DNA of 64,000 nucleotides from IMG/VR virus record IMGVR_UViG_3300025132_007963, positions 96,001 to 160,000 of that record, one strand, 5' to 3'. Positions 52,520 through 61,406 of the stretch are shown piece after piece (the stretch's first letter is position 1; every line of letters starts with the position of its first letter). A model generated the notes under the pieces. That model saw only the letters and a list, made by a program, of their open reading frames with translations, had not been told where the DNA came from and did not search any database. A program made the translations under genes and the position numbers. Source of the stretch: a virus.

Positions 52520-53217
52520 AATTTTATCGGCAATCTTCCCATTCTACTAAACGCTTCACCACGATAAGAATCTATAGAGTATCCTCTAACTCTTGAAATA
52601 CCATCAATATAGGACATAATTTTATTTAAAAGGCCGTGTTGTGAAAAATACTCTTCCATTGCCTCTACTTTAAAGTTGTATGTTTCTGATATATCGACAA
52701 CAACGTCAGGGTTAGGGTGAGGATCTAGTATTTCATATGACCAGAGATCTTTAACTAAATGAGTTTGCCCTAAGTCTTCTAGTATGTTTTCTGCTGCCTT
52801 CCAGCATGCCTCTTCCACTAATGTTGAAGTTCTCTTGTGATCACGATGCTTGCATACAGAATTGTGAGTAATCACCAAATCAGGCTTAACACTTCGTATT
52901 ACTTTTATAACTTTGTGAAAAGTACTTTTTTTATTTGATACTTTCTGGCATTCTAAACCTAAAGAGTGTATCTGTGATATGCCTAATATTTTTGCTGCAG
53001 CGTTTGCTTCTTTCATCCTTGTGTCGATTATATTTTCTGGGTTTGTATTTTGTTCTATGCCTGTTGAACCATCTGTCATAAAACAAACATGTACTTCTGA
53101 TCCCTCAAGAGACCACTTCTTTATTGTCCCACCAGCACCAATTGTTTCATCATCTTGGTGAGCAGCAAATATTAAAACTTTATCTGGAGATGAAATCACG
53201 TGTTGTTCTCTTTTCAA
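52516..53217 (-). CDS. PIG-L/LmbE-family N-deacetylase
   Basis: AAHQDDETIG; MTDGS; HRDH (HxDH). Confidence 0.88.
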   Translation of the reverse strand: MKREQHVISSPDKVLIFAAHQDDETIGAGGTIKKWSLEGSEVHVCFMTDGSTGIEQNTNPENIIDTRMKEANAAAKILGISQIHSLGLECQKVSNKKSTFHKVIKVIRSVKPDLVITHNSVCKHRDHKRTSTLVEEACWKAAENILEDLGQTHLVKDLWSYEILDPHPNPDVVVDISETYNFKVEAMEEYFSQHGLLNKIMSYIDGISRVRGYSIDSYRGEAFSRMGRLPIKL

Positions 53218-53755
53218 TAAATTTTATATCTTCAACAGTGTGAACATCATGTACATCGCAAACAAACACGCCCGATTTTGTACTTAGATCTTTTTGAAAA
53301 ACATACCAATTTTTCATTATTCGAAACGCTGCATTTTGCATTAAGTTCGGACCCACGCTCATAAGCTCATTTCTATCATTTTCAATAAATGTTTTAAGTG
53401 CAGCATCAAGTGTCTCAGCTGTTATCTCTGGTGAATTCGCCTGAAGCGAAACTACAATCTCTGGAGGCCTATAAGTATTATCGATAAAGGTGACTGCAGA
53501 TCTTATTGCTTCCATCTTGTACACATGATCTCGGGCCAAGCGCGGGTCTCTATTGTGTACTCTTGCTCCGTACTCTAAAGCAACATCTTTTATCTCTGTA
53601 TCTTCTGTAGATACCCACACCGAAGTTATTAGTTTGCTTTCCTTGCAGGCTTTGATAGACCATGCTAGAAGAGGATGACCCCAAATTTTGTGTATGTTCT
53701 TGCGAGAAAGTCTTTTAGACCCACCTCGCGCAGGGATAATTGCAACGATATTCAC
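53180..53755 (-). CDS. neuA: CMP-nonulosonate synthetase (acylneuraminate cytidylyltransferase)
   Basis: AIIPARGGSKRLSRKN; VSTED; LQANSP; DVHTVED; GTG start. Confidence 0.88.
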   Translation of the reverse strand: MNIVAIIPARGGSKRLSRKNIHKIWGHPLLAWSIKACKESKLITSVWVSTEDTEIKDVALEYGARVHNRDPRLARDHVYKMEAIRSAVTFIDNTYRPPEIVVSLQANSPEITAETLDAALKTFIENDRNELMSVGPNLMQNAAFRIMKNWYVFQKDLSTKSGVFVCDVHDVHTVEDIKFIEKRTTRDFISR

Positions 53756-53759
53756 AAAC

Positions 53760-54797
53760 TCATAATATCACATCAAATATTTTTTTGCAACAATTTTTAT
53801 GATCAAATAAGTGTTCTTTTCTAGCTTTTTTAAATTCTTTTTTTAAATCAGTTTTAGTGAGATATTCTATAGCTGCTGTAAAGTTACCCAAACTACAGTC
53901 AGTTTTAAGCTGCACACAGTAATCATAATTGTACAAGTACTCATGTGTTACTCTGTATGGTCTCTTAGAACCATTTCTAATCGCTGGCTTTATATCAAAA
54001 TTAATAACTGGTGTGTCATGCATGACGCATTCCTCAATCGTTGTAGATCCAAAATTAATTACAACGTCCGAAACTTCTAAAAGCTCTTGGGTAGTGTGTG
54101 GGAACCAAGAGGGGTCTTCAAAACAGACATCACCTTTTTGAGCTGCTAATTTAGGAAAATCATTCTTTGTATTAATATAAAAATTAACTATTGGATCTTT
54201 GCCTCTTGTTTTAAACAGTGTTGTGTACCCTAAGCTATTTAGATAATCTGATATGTCCCACCAGTTCGAAGCTGCCTCATCCCTACCTTTCGGCATCATC
54301 AATAAAGCTCTTTTTCCTTTTTTGAGTTTGTATTTTTTTAGTATATCTCTACTTTGCAATTTTATATCATATTTTGGTATACCCAAATATAAATTTTTTT
54401 TATTTGTAAGATTGTAATATTCCGCACAGAATTTACTTGGCATTAAGACATGATCAACTTTATCGATATACGCTTTAAAAGATTCTATAAAATCTGTTTG
54501 ATATGTCGTTGCTATTATTTTGACGCTTGGATTAATTCTATCTAAAAACTCTACACCTGTTTTTTCATTAATAAATAAAATACCTTCAGCTTTTTGTACT
54601 TCGCTAATTGGTCTAATATATACAAAGTTTTCTTGTGCATATTTTTTTAGCTCATCTAGATGTAAAAGTGGGCAGTTGTACTTGTTAGACGCACCAGTAT
54701 AAAATATGCACTTTAAGCCTCTTTTTCTAGCTTCCGTAACCAATGGCGCATAGTATCTTAAATGCGTCATTTCTAAAAAAATAAAATTAATATTCAT
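53760..54797 (-). CDS. GT-B-fold-like protein, candidate CMP-sugar (nonulosonate) transferase
   Basis: C-terminal SDVVINFGSTTIEECVMHDTPVINF resembles the GT-B/TagF-type nucleotide-binding motif; directly upstream of neuA. Confidence 0.4.
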   Translation of the reverse strand: MNINFIFLEMTHLRYYAPLVTEARKRGLKCIFYTGASNKYNCPLLHLDELKKYAQENFVYIRPISEVQKAEGILFINEKTGVEFLDRINPSVKIIATTYQTDFIESFKAYIDKVDHVLMPSKFCAEYYNLTNKKNLYLGIPKYDIKLQSRDILKKYKLKKGKRALLMMPKGRDEAASNWWDISDYLNSLGYTTLFKTRGKDPIVNFYINTKNDFPKLAAQKGDVCFEDPSWFPHTTQELLEVSDVVINFGSTTIEECVMHDTPVINFDIKPAIRNGSKRPYRVTHEYLYNYDYCVQLKTDCSLGNFTAAIEYLTKTDLKKEFKKARKEHLFDHKNCCKKIFDVIL

Positions 54798-55372
54798 TGC
54801 TCATTCACCTTTGAAATAATATAATAGCGGCCTTTTGGATCTTTAAACGAAACATAATCTGTTATTTTGATTTTATGGTCGTCAAACATTTGCTTGGTTA
54901 ATAAATGGTCTGGGTCAGTAACAGAATATTTTAATCCAACTTGGTTGTAAAAACTTGGCAAATAACAAACCAGATTGTTAGTTTTCCAACTCATCGTGTT
55001 ATCTTTTATGTTGCCTGATACAAAATCAGAAACAAACACTTTGTTAGATTGCACTGTTTTTCGTATCTGCTTTATAAGATGACTGGAGGATTGTACAAGG
55101 TAGGTTAACCTCAAGCACAAAACTAAGTCATAATTTTTTATACCCCAGTCATTATGGACATCCCACTTATTTTGGTTTTCTATATCAAAGAAATGGTGTT
55201 CACAATTTAAAAACAAACTCTTTAAACTTTTAAACATTTCAATATTCGTCATGCTTGGATCTTTTGGGTCCTGTTGACCTAGCCAAGCTATCTTTAAATT
55301 ATTAAATGATTTTAAGTTATTCCTCAAATACATTCTGTATCTAGGTTTTAAAAAATCATCAGATACCCCCAT
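54794..55372 (-). CDS. divergent class I SAM methyltransferase-like protein
   Basis: KIAWLG (motif I-like), FFDI, YDLVLCLR, VFVSDF strand pattern. Confidence 0.35.
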   Translation of the reverse strand: MGVSDDFLKPRYRMYLRNNLKSFNNLKIAWLGQQDPKDPSMTNIEMFKSLKSLFLNCEHHFFDIENQNKWDVHNDWGIKNYDLVLCLRLTYLVQSSSHLIKQIRKTVQSNKVFVSDFVSGNIKDNTMSWKTNNLVCYLPSFYNQVGLKYSVTDPDHLLTKQMFDDHKIKITDYVSFKDPKGRYYIISKVNEQ

Positions 55373-56079
55373 TACAGATTATCCATAAAAACAAACTCAA
55401 TGTCATCTTGATGTTCTTTAATAAAATCAACTAGATCTTTTGTATACTTTCGGTCTAAGTAATTTCTGTCCCATTCGCAAGCATGATATACAATTCCACA
55501 ACTTTCTTTTATTTCTAGGGGCCTAAAAGGAGGAAAAATTGTTGAGTAGTTTGATTTATATTCTTTGTCTTTTTCCTGATAGGATTTTAGTGCATAATCT
55601 ATGTCGGTTACTGCAAATAACTCAAACCCCTCTTCATTTAGCGCGTCCCATGCATCAGGACCCATTCTCCAGGCAGGTGGCCTAAAAATTGGCTTAAATA
55701 CGTCTGCCAGGCCTGCTTTGGCAACTCTACTCTTCATTGACTTAGCTCTACTAATGGCATCGTCATATGTTATATCTAAAAATTCATTATTATCATTTTC
55801 CCAAGGTATGCCATGATAATAACCGTGATAACAAATCTCATAATTTTTTTGTGGTAGATCTTTCAATGCTTTACAAAAATCAGGATATTTCCATATAACC
55901 AAGGGGTCTCTTGTGACGACCCCATGACGTTGAGTTCTCCAATATGCTATTGGCACAAATAGACTAAACTTGATATTTGGGAATATTTCTATTAACTCTT
56001 TACACCTATCCAATACTTTTAGAGATGCTTTCGGATGAGGTGAAACATCATCAATACTTATATTAACTCTATATTTCAA
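55372..56079 (-). CDS. polysaccharide deacetylase (CE4/NodB-like, DUF2334-type)
   Basis: ISIDD; HGYYH; FRPPAW; YHA. Confidence 0.75.
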   Translation of the reverse strand: MKYRVNISIDDVSPHPKASLKVLDRCKELIEIFPNIKFSLFVPIAYWRTQRHGVVTRDPLVIWKYPDFCKALKDLPQKNYEICYHGYYHGIPWENDNNEFLDITYDDAISRAKSMKSRVAKAGLADVFKPIFRPPAWRMGPDAWDALNEEGFELFAVTDIDYALKSYQEKDKEYKSNYSTIFPPFRPLEIKESCGIVYHACEWDRNYLDRKYTKDLVDFIKEHQDDIEFVFMDNL

Positions 56080-56990
56080 ATTTTAAGACCATCTAAAAAT
56101 TTCTTAATCAAGCTATCGAAACGATTTCTATCTAAGTCTTGTAAGTACTCTTCTTCCGAGTAATATCTTATGAATTCTTCACCAAAAAGTTTTGAAAATT
56201 CCGTCGACATAACTTTTGAATCTGCTTTTTTCTTCCATTTATTTAAAAATGATGGATTTTCTTTTCTTATGTAATTGTATTCACCAGGACCTAGTATTTT
56301 GCCGTGATTTGGGCAGAAAAGCACATCTTCAACTCTACCAGACCTAATTGATAGTTCTTTTATACCTAGAGTAGTAGAACAATGTGGACATTTCTTTAAA
56401 GTTTCTAAATCTTCATTAGACTTTTCTGTAACTCCTAAAGTTTGAAAACATCTACTTAGCTCATCATCAATGTTAAACATAAAGTGCTCAAAACTAATAA
56501 TGCAATCTCTATCTGGATTATAGACTTGTGATAATTCAAACAAAGAAGTCAAAAAGGTAGTCTTAAACCAATTAAAAACAGTGCTGTCTTCCACTCTTCT
56601 ATTATATCTTTTATCTCCATACTCACCCCATTTCTTTATCCATGTGTAATAAAACGAAACTGGGTTACGAAAAATATACAATAAAGGAGTTTCAGGATGA
56701 AAATTTTGATGATATACCACTCTCTTTAAGGGTGGTTTATTAAGAATAAGCCATTCAGTATTGGTAACATTTTTTTTAGGTAATAACTGTTCGTTATTTA
56801 CTTGAGATGACAAGAAAACTCCCTGAGACAGGTGCCTCTTAAGATCTCCTTTTGTGGTACCGCCTTGTGATGCAAAAGCTGATTCTTTTAATGCGACTAA
56901 TTTTTCATGACCATGTAACTTATGTAAAATAAGGTGAGAGCCTATGCCACCGCTGGCAGTTATTAATGCTGCTATTTTAGGAGCTGACAT
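56076..56990 (-). CDS. divergent sulfotransferase-like protein with an inserted zinc finger
   Basis: ASGGIGS at the P-loop position; YIFRNPVSFYYTW (3'-PB-like); ISFEHF; CPHC...CPNH insert. Confidence 0.5.
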   Translation of the reverse strand: MSAPKIAALITASGGIGSHLILHKLHGHEKLVALKESAFASQGGTTKGDLKRHLSQGVFLSSQVNNEQLLPKKNVTNTEWLILNKPPLKRVVYHQNFHPETPLLYIFRNPVSFYYTWIKKWGEYGDKRYNRRVEDSTVFNWFKTTFLTSLFELSQVYNPDRDCIISFEHFMFNIDDELSRCFQTLGVTEKSNEDLETLKKCPHCSTTLGIKELSIRSGRVEDVLFCPNHGKILGPGEYNYIRKENPSFLNKWKKKADSKVMSTEFSKLFGEEFIRYYSEEEYLQDLDRNRFDSLIKKFLDGLKI

Positions 56991-57885
56991 TTTTTATCCC
57001 TTTTATTATTTTTATATACTCTTCGACTACATCATCATTTGTTTTTTCGTAAGTTAAAACTTTCTGTTTATATTTTTTATATTGCGAGACTATCTTTTTT
57101 ATCGCACTAATCATTTCTGGAAATGAATAATAACTAAGACCGTAGTTTTTACAGTAATCATTTATACTTCCACCCTCTTCATGATACACAACCGGGAGGC
57201 CGCAGGCTAGTCCCTCTAGCACATGGTTTGCGCCAGCCTCTTCTATCGATGCTGTTATATAGATATCATGCTTTGGTAACTCTATGGCTAACTCACTTGC
57301 ACTAATCGGCTCTATATGATTTTTAAAATTTATATTATCTGGTTTTCTTCCAACATATGTAAATTCAAAGTCATCTTGTTCATCTAACATTTCATAAAGA
57401 TGAAATCCTTTTTTTGGATTCATAGACCAGTGATGTGTTACCAGTTTAGGTTTATCTGAGACTGTTAAATCTTCAATTTTTGCATCGTGAAAAACACTCA
57501 TTGGACAATTATATATTACTTTGCAATTTTTACCCTCAAATCCAATATATTCTTTCGCCCAATCGCTTGGAAATATAAAAAAATTAGAATAATTTAAGGT
57601 TTGCTTAACAAGACTGGTTAATTCTGGTTTGCTGTGCGTGCCCAAATCTCCAACTCTTTGAATTATTTTGGTACTATTTTTTTGTTTATAGTTGATAAAG
57701 TGCTGATACCACTCTCCATGAGCATTTGGCCTAGGGTCGATGCAAAATATAACGTCTATGTTATCCTCTAGCCTAAAAACAACATCATAGCCTCTTTTTT
57801 TCAATGCATCAACCAGCTTATTAACGGTCTTTATACCACCGCCCCATGGGCCAATCTTAGGTTCTCTGTTAATGTAAATCTTCAT
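56977..57885 (-). CDS. glycosyltransferase family 4 (GT-B)
   Basis: PWGGG; KKGF; DIYITASIEEAGANHVLEGLACGLPV (E-x7-E). Confidence 0.85.
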   Translation of the reverse strand: MKIYINREPKIGPWGGGIKTVNKLVDALKKRGYDVVFRLEDNIDVIFCIDPRPNAHGEWYQHFINYKQKNSTKIIQRVGDLGTHSKPELTSLVKQTLNYSNFFIFPSDWAKEYIGFEGKNCKVIYNCPMSVFHDAKIEDLTVSDKPKLVTHHWSMNPKKGFHLYEMLDEQDDFEFTYVGRKPDNINFKNHIEPISASELAIELPKHDIYITASIEEAGANHVLEGLACGLPVVYHEEGGSINDYCKNYGLSYYSFPEMISAIKKIVSQYKKYKQKVLTYEKTNDDVVEEYIKIIKGIKNVSS

Positions 57886-58795
57886 ATATCTCTGATTCTT
57901 TGGCCTTTATCCAATTACCAGACATATCAATCGGTAATCTCCAATCAATGCTCTTGGCAATTTCTTCTATGTGTATTGGGCTTTCTCTATCAAACCACTC
58001 TTCTGGTAGATTTTCATAATCGATAATTTCATAGTACTTAACGCCATCACTAGGTGGCTTATACGTGCCAAAACGACGTGATTTTCTAACACGTGCATTC
58101 GAACCATCTTCATGAAATATCCCTATTGAAACGGGTATTGTTGGTGCAGAATAAAATATTCTCTTATTTTTAGTTAAGATTATATTTGCAACTTTTTCTA
58201 GCATCTTTGTTTCAGAATCTTTGCCACCTTCATGTGCATAATTGTCAACATCCCATGGGTAAATCATATCCATAGTTTTTTTAGACACCATACAATTCAT
58301 TGCACCCATTATTGGGTTTCTTTGGTAATGATACAAAAACTTAAAATTGTTCTCACCTAGAGTATTAGAATAATTTCCTTGATTGTTTCTAACTCTTCTT
58401 TGTGCATCAAATGAAATACAGCCGGTTGTGTCTTCATAAAACTGTAAAAAATTTACGTATTCCTGAAGCCATTTTCCCCTGACAACAAACTGTACATCAG
58501 CTGGTATTGATGCTATAAACTCACCAGTTGCATTTTCAGATATGATATTTAGAGCCTTAGCATATTCGTTGGGTGGGTCTCTCTCTATTTGACGAAATAC
58601 AGTGTGTCCTCTGCTCTCTAAGTTTTCTAAATACTCGGTTGTACCATCTTCAACAGAAGCGTTATCAACAACGATTATTTCCTTATTATTATAATCTTCT
58701 GTACACAAAAGAAATGATTCTACACAACTCTTTAGATAAAAAAGCCTATTACAATTTACAAAACCAAATGTAACTTTTGGCAGCTCGTCCGACAT
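57869..58795 (-). CDS. glycosyltransferase family 2-like
   Basis: VTFGFVNCNR; IIVVDNASVEDGT; IPADVQF; AGGAG SD. Confidence 0.75.
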   Translation of the reverse strand: MSDELPKVTFGFVNCNRLFYLKSCVESFLLCTEDYNNKEIIVVDNASVEDGTTEYLENLESRGHTVFRQIERDPPNEYAKALNIISENATGEFIASIPADVQFVVRGKWLQEYVNFLQFYEDTTGCISFDAQRRVRNNQGNYSNTLGENNFKFLYHYQRNPIMGAMNCMVSKKTMDMIYPWDVDNYAHEGGKDSETKMLEKVANIILTKNKRIFYSAPTIPVSIGIFHEDGSNARVRKSRRFGTYKPPSDGVKYYEIIDYENLPEEWFDRESPIHIEEIAKSIDWRLPIDMSGNWIKAKESEIYEDLH

Positions 58796-58841
58796 TATTG
58801 TTCTCCTAATATATTAATTTAATGGATTATTGAAGCGTGTG

Positions 58842-59918
58842 CTAGATAATCCCTTTTATTATCCTTGCAATTCTTTCACCTGATTTGCCATCCCACAATT
58901 TTGGTTTTGCAAAAGGTATGTCTCTATTAGCATTTAAGGATGTGATACTTCTCTTTATATCTGCATACGTGTCAACCAACCTGTTTGATCCCTCCGAGAT
59001 CGTAGAAGGCCTTTCTGTATTTTTACGAAGCGTTAAGCATGGAACGCCCAAAGCAGTAGTCTCTTCTTGTACACCGCCCGAATCTGTTACAACAACATAG
59101 CTATTTTTCATCAATGACACAAACTCAAAATAACCAACTGGCTCTAGAATGTTTATGTTGTCTAAGTTCTCCAATTTTTCTAGTAGTTTAAATTTACCAA
59201 AATTGTTTTTTGTTCTTGGGTGCATGGGAAAATAGACTTTTTTATCGATGCCTTCACATATCCGTACAATTTTATTTAGACCTTCCAGATTATCAACGTT
59301 AGAAGGTCTATGAAGAGTTAATAGCACATACTCTTCATCTAAAGCCTTGTTTGGTATTTTTTTAGAAATCGTATAGAGAGAATCGATCATTGTATTTCCA
59401 ACAAAGAAAATACTAGATTTTTCTTGCCCTTCATTAAGAAGGTTTTTAACAGCTGAACCTTCAGTTACAAAGTGATAATCACTAATTGTGTCAACAATTG
59501 TTCTATTTATCTCTTCTGGCATTGTTCTATCAAAACTTCTCAGACCAGCTTCAACATGAGCAACTTTTATCCCCAGCTTAACTGCTGCTAGTGCAGCTCC
59601 TAAAGTTGAATTAACGTCACCGTAAACTAAAAGCAAATCAACATTTTTATTCATTAGGTATTTTTCAATACCAGTTATAACTTCTGCGACCTGGGCACCT
59701 TGAAATTTAGAGGACTTAATCTTAAGATTGATGTCTGGCCTAGGCATATCCAATGCTTCAAAAAATATACTTGATAGATTTTTATCGTAGTGTTGACCAG
59801 TGTGAATTAAAATTTGCTTAACATCGTCACCCATTAAGCTTTCTACTCCTTTTAGAACAGGAGCACATTTAACAAAATTTGGCCTGGCACCAACAACGTG
59901 AACTATGTTTTTAGTCAT
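58842..59918 (-). CDS. wecB: UDP-N-acetylglucosamine 2-epimerase (non-hydrolysing type)
   Basis: VVGARPNFVK; HTGQHYD; GDVNST; HVEAGLRS; PEEINR; TLHRPSN; TDSGGVQEE. Confidence 0.92.
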   Translation of the reverse strand: MTKNIVHVVGARPNFVKCAPVLKGVESLMGDDVKQILIHTGQHYDKNLSSIFFEALDMPRPDINLKIKSSKFQGAQVAEVITGIEKYLMNKNVDLLLVYGDVNSTLGAALAAVKLGIKVAHVEAGLRSFDRTMPEEINRTIVDTISDYHFVTEGSAVKNLLNEGQEKSSIFFVGNTMIDSLYTISKKIPNKALDEEYVLLTLHRPSNVDNLEGLNKIVRICEGIDKKVYFPMHPRTKNNFGKFKLLEKLENLDNINILEPVGYFEFVSLMKNSYVVVTDSGGVQEETTALGVPCLTLRKNTERPSTISEGSNRLVDTYADIKRSITSLNANRDIPFAKPKLWDGKSGERIARIIKGII

Positions 59919-60882
59919 GTAGTATATTATCTCCCGGCTGTAGTCCTATAGTTTGCGCCCAATCATCAGCCCACACTTCAGGAGAATTACCAAAAGACAC
60001 CCTCCTAATCCACAGTGAGCTTCGGCCTGATTGTACTAACAAACCTTTGCCGTTTACAGACCATATCTTACCATCGTCTGCAATTGAATTAAAGACCGGA
60101 CTGGCATCAAAACTTAGAGATGTTTCCCATATATGAAGTTTGCCAAATTTTGTATTCAAAAAAGCACCAGGATATGGATGAGTTAATGCCCTAACGTAGT
60201 CATTAACTTTGGTTGAGCCCCAGTTTAAAAAAACTTCTCCGTCTTCTGGTTTCCTTTTGTGATATCTTGTAGCGTACTCGCTGTTTTGTTCTTTGGGTGT
60301 AATGTGATTTAGTGCAATTTTTGGAATTGTTCTTTTTAACATTTCAACAGAAGTTTGATTTACTTTTAAATATGCAGTTCTAATATCATCTCTAGGTTCT
60401 ATATCAAATGGTTCAAAATCTAAGATAGCGCCCGTATCGGTTTTTGCCTCCATCACAAAAAGACTATTTCCCCAGGGTACAGTTTTTCCTTCGCTTTCAA
60501 TTATTTTCCAATTAATAATTGCGGCTCCTCTGCCAACTGGAAGGGGAGATGGATGAATGCCAATGCAATATTTTTTTGGTATTTCTAAAATACGAGGTTT
60601 GAAAATTTGAGACCAACCACACTGTAAAATGATATCTGGATCTTTATCTTTTATCCAGTTCATTTCAAAATTGATATCATCGGTGTTAGCAACAATAAAC
60701 TCGCCGTTCAGATCTTTTAGACTATCATAGTTTGATTTTGTTGCTCCCTTTTTAGGACAAAGGGACATTATTCCTGTGATTTCGCATACATCTTTGATTG
60801 CATGAATAGCATGCCTAGCTAAAGGCGTACACCCTATCACAACAACTTTTAAGTTTGGGAGGTCATAATTTTGTTTGCCCAT
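59911..60882 (-). CDS. Fmt/ArnA-like two-domain sugar formyltransferase
   Basis: GIHPSPLP.GRG; DTG; C-terminal VRALTHPYPGAF; AAGGAG SD. Confidence 0.85.
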   Translation of the reverse strand: MGKQNYDLPNLKVVVIGCTPLARHAIHAIKDVCEITGIMSLCPKKGATKSNYDSLKDLNGEFIVANTDDINFEMNWIKDKDPDIILQCGWSQIFKPRILEIPKKYCIGIHPSPLPVGRGAAIINWKIIESEGKTVPWGNSLFVMEAKTDTGAILDFEPFDIEPRDDIRTAYLKVNQTSVEMLKRTIPKIALNHITPKEQNSEYATRYHKRKPEDGEVFLNWGSTKVNDYVRALTHPYPGAFLNTKFGKLHIWETSLSFDASPVFNSIADDGKIWSVNGKGLLVQSGRSSLWIRRVSFGNSPEVWADDWAQTIGLQPGDNILHD

Positions 60883-61406
60883 CGATTTGCTATCTCCTTG
60901 TGGCCAGCGTTTGTAAAATGCACTCCGTCAACATAATGTTCTTCGACGCCAGACATATCACAAATATCTAAATTTAGTTCTACAGATAGCTTCATAATAA
61001 CATCATTATAAACTTTTATCAAGTTAGAATTTTTAAAATAAAGTGGTGTTAAGCCTAATTTTGGCAAAGTTGAAATAATGATATGCAACCCATGTATCCT
61101 GCAGATATCTATAATTTGCCTTAAGTTATCTTCATAGATTTCTGGTGGAGTTGCTTTTTGCGTGTCGTTTGTTCCAATCATCAAGAATGCTATTTTTGCT
61201 GCCTTGTGAGCAGAGCACGCACCCCAGGTTCTTTTTAACAAGTGCACACTAGTTTCACCACTAATTCCATAATTGTGACAAATATAAATCTCTCCAGTTT
61301 TCTCTTTCATTATCTTAGATAATTCAATAGTAGGAGATCGATCGTATTCATCTCTAGCTCCATAAGTAATTGAGTCGCCCAAGCAAACTATCTCATTCCA
61401 AATCAA
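60849..61406 (-). CDS. SGNH/GDSL hydrolase (O-acetyl esterase or O-acyltransferase)
   Basis: GDSIT; GISGET; GTND; DGVH (complete blocks I, II, III, V); TTG start overlapping TGA. Confidence 0.88.
   Translation of the reverse strand: MIWNEIVCLGDSITYGARDEYDRSPTIELSKIMKEKTGEIYICHNYGISGETSVHLLKRTWGACSAHKAAKIAFLMIGTNDTQKATPPEIYEDNLRQIIDICRIHGLHIIISTLPKLGLTPLYFKNSNLIKVYNDVIMKLSVELNLDICDMSGVEEHYVDGVHFTNAGHKEIANRWANKIMTSQT

Noticed and set aside
59911-60882. Annotation as methionyl-tRNA formyltransferase (fmt)
   Set aside because: It is embedded among sugar genes and has GIHPS rather than the canonical NVH motif; a sugar N-formyltransferase is more parsimonious.
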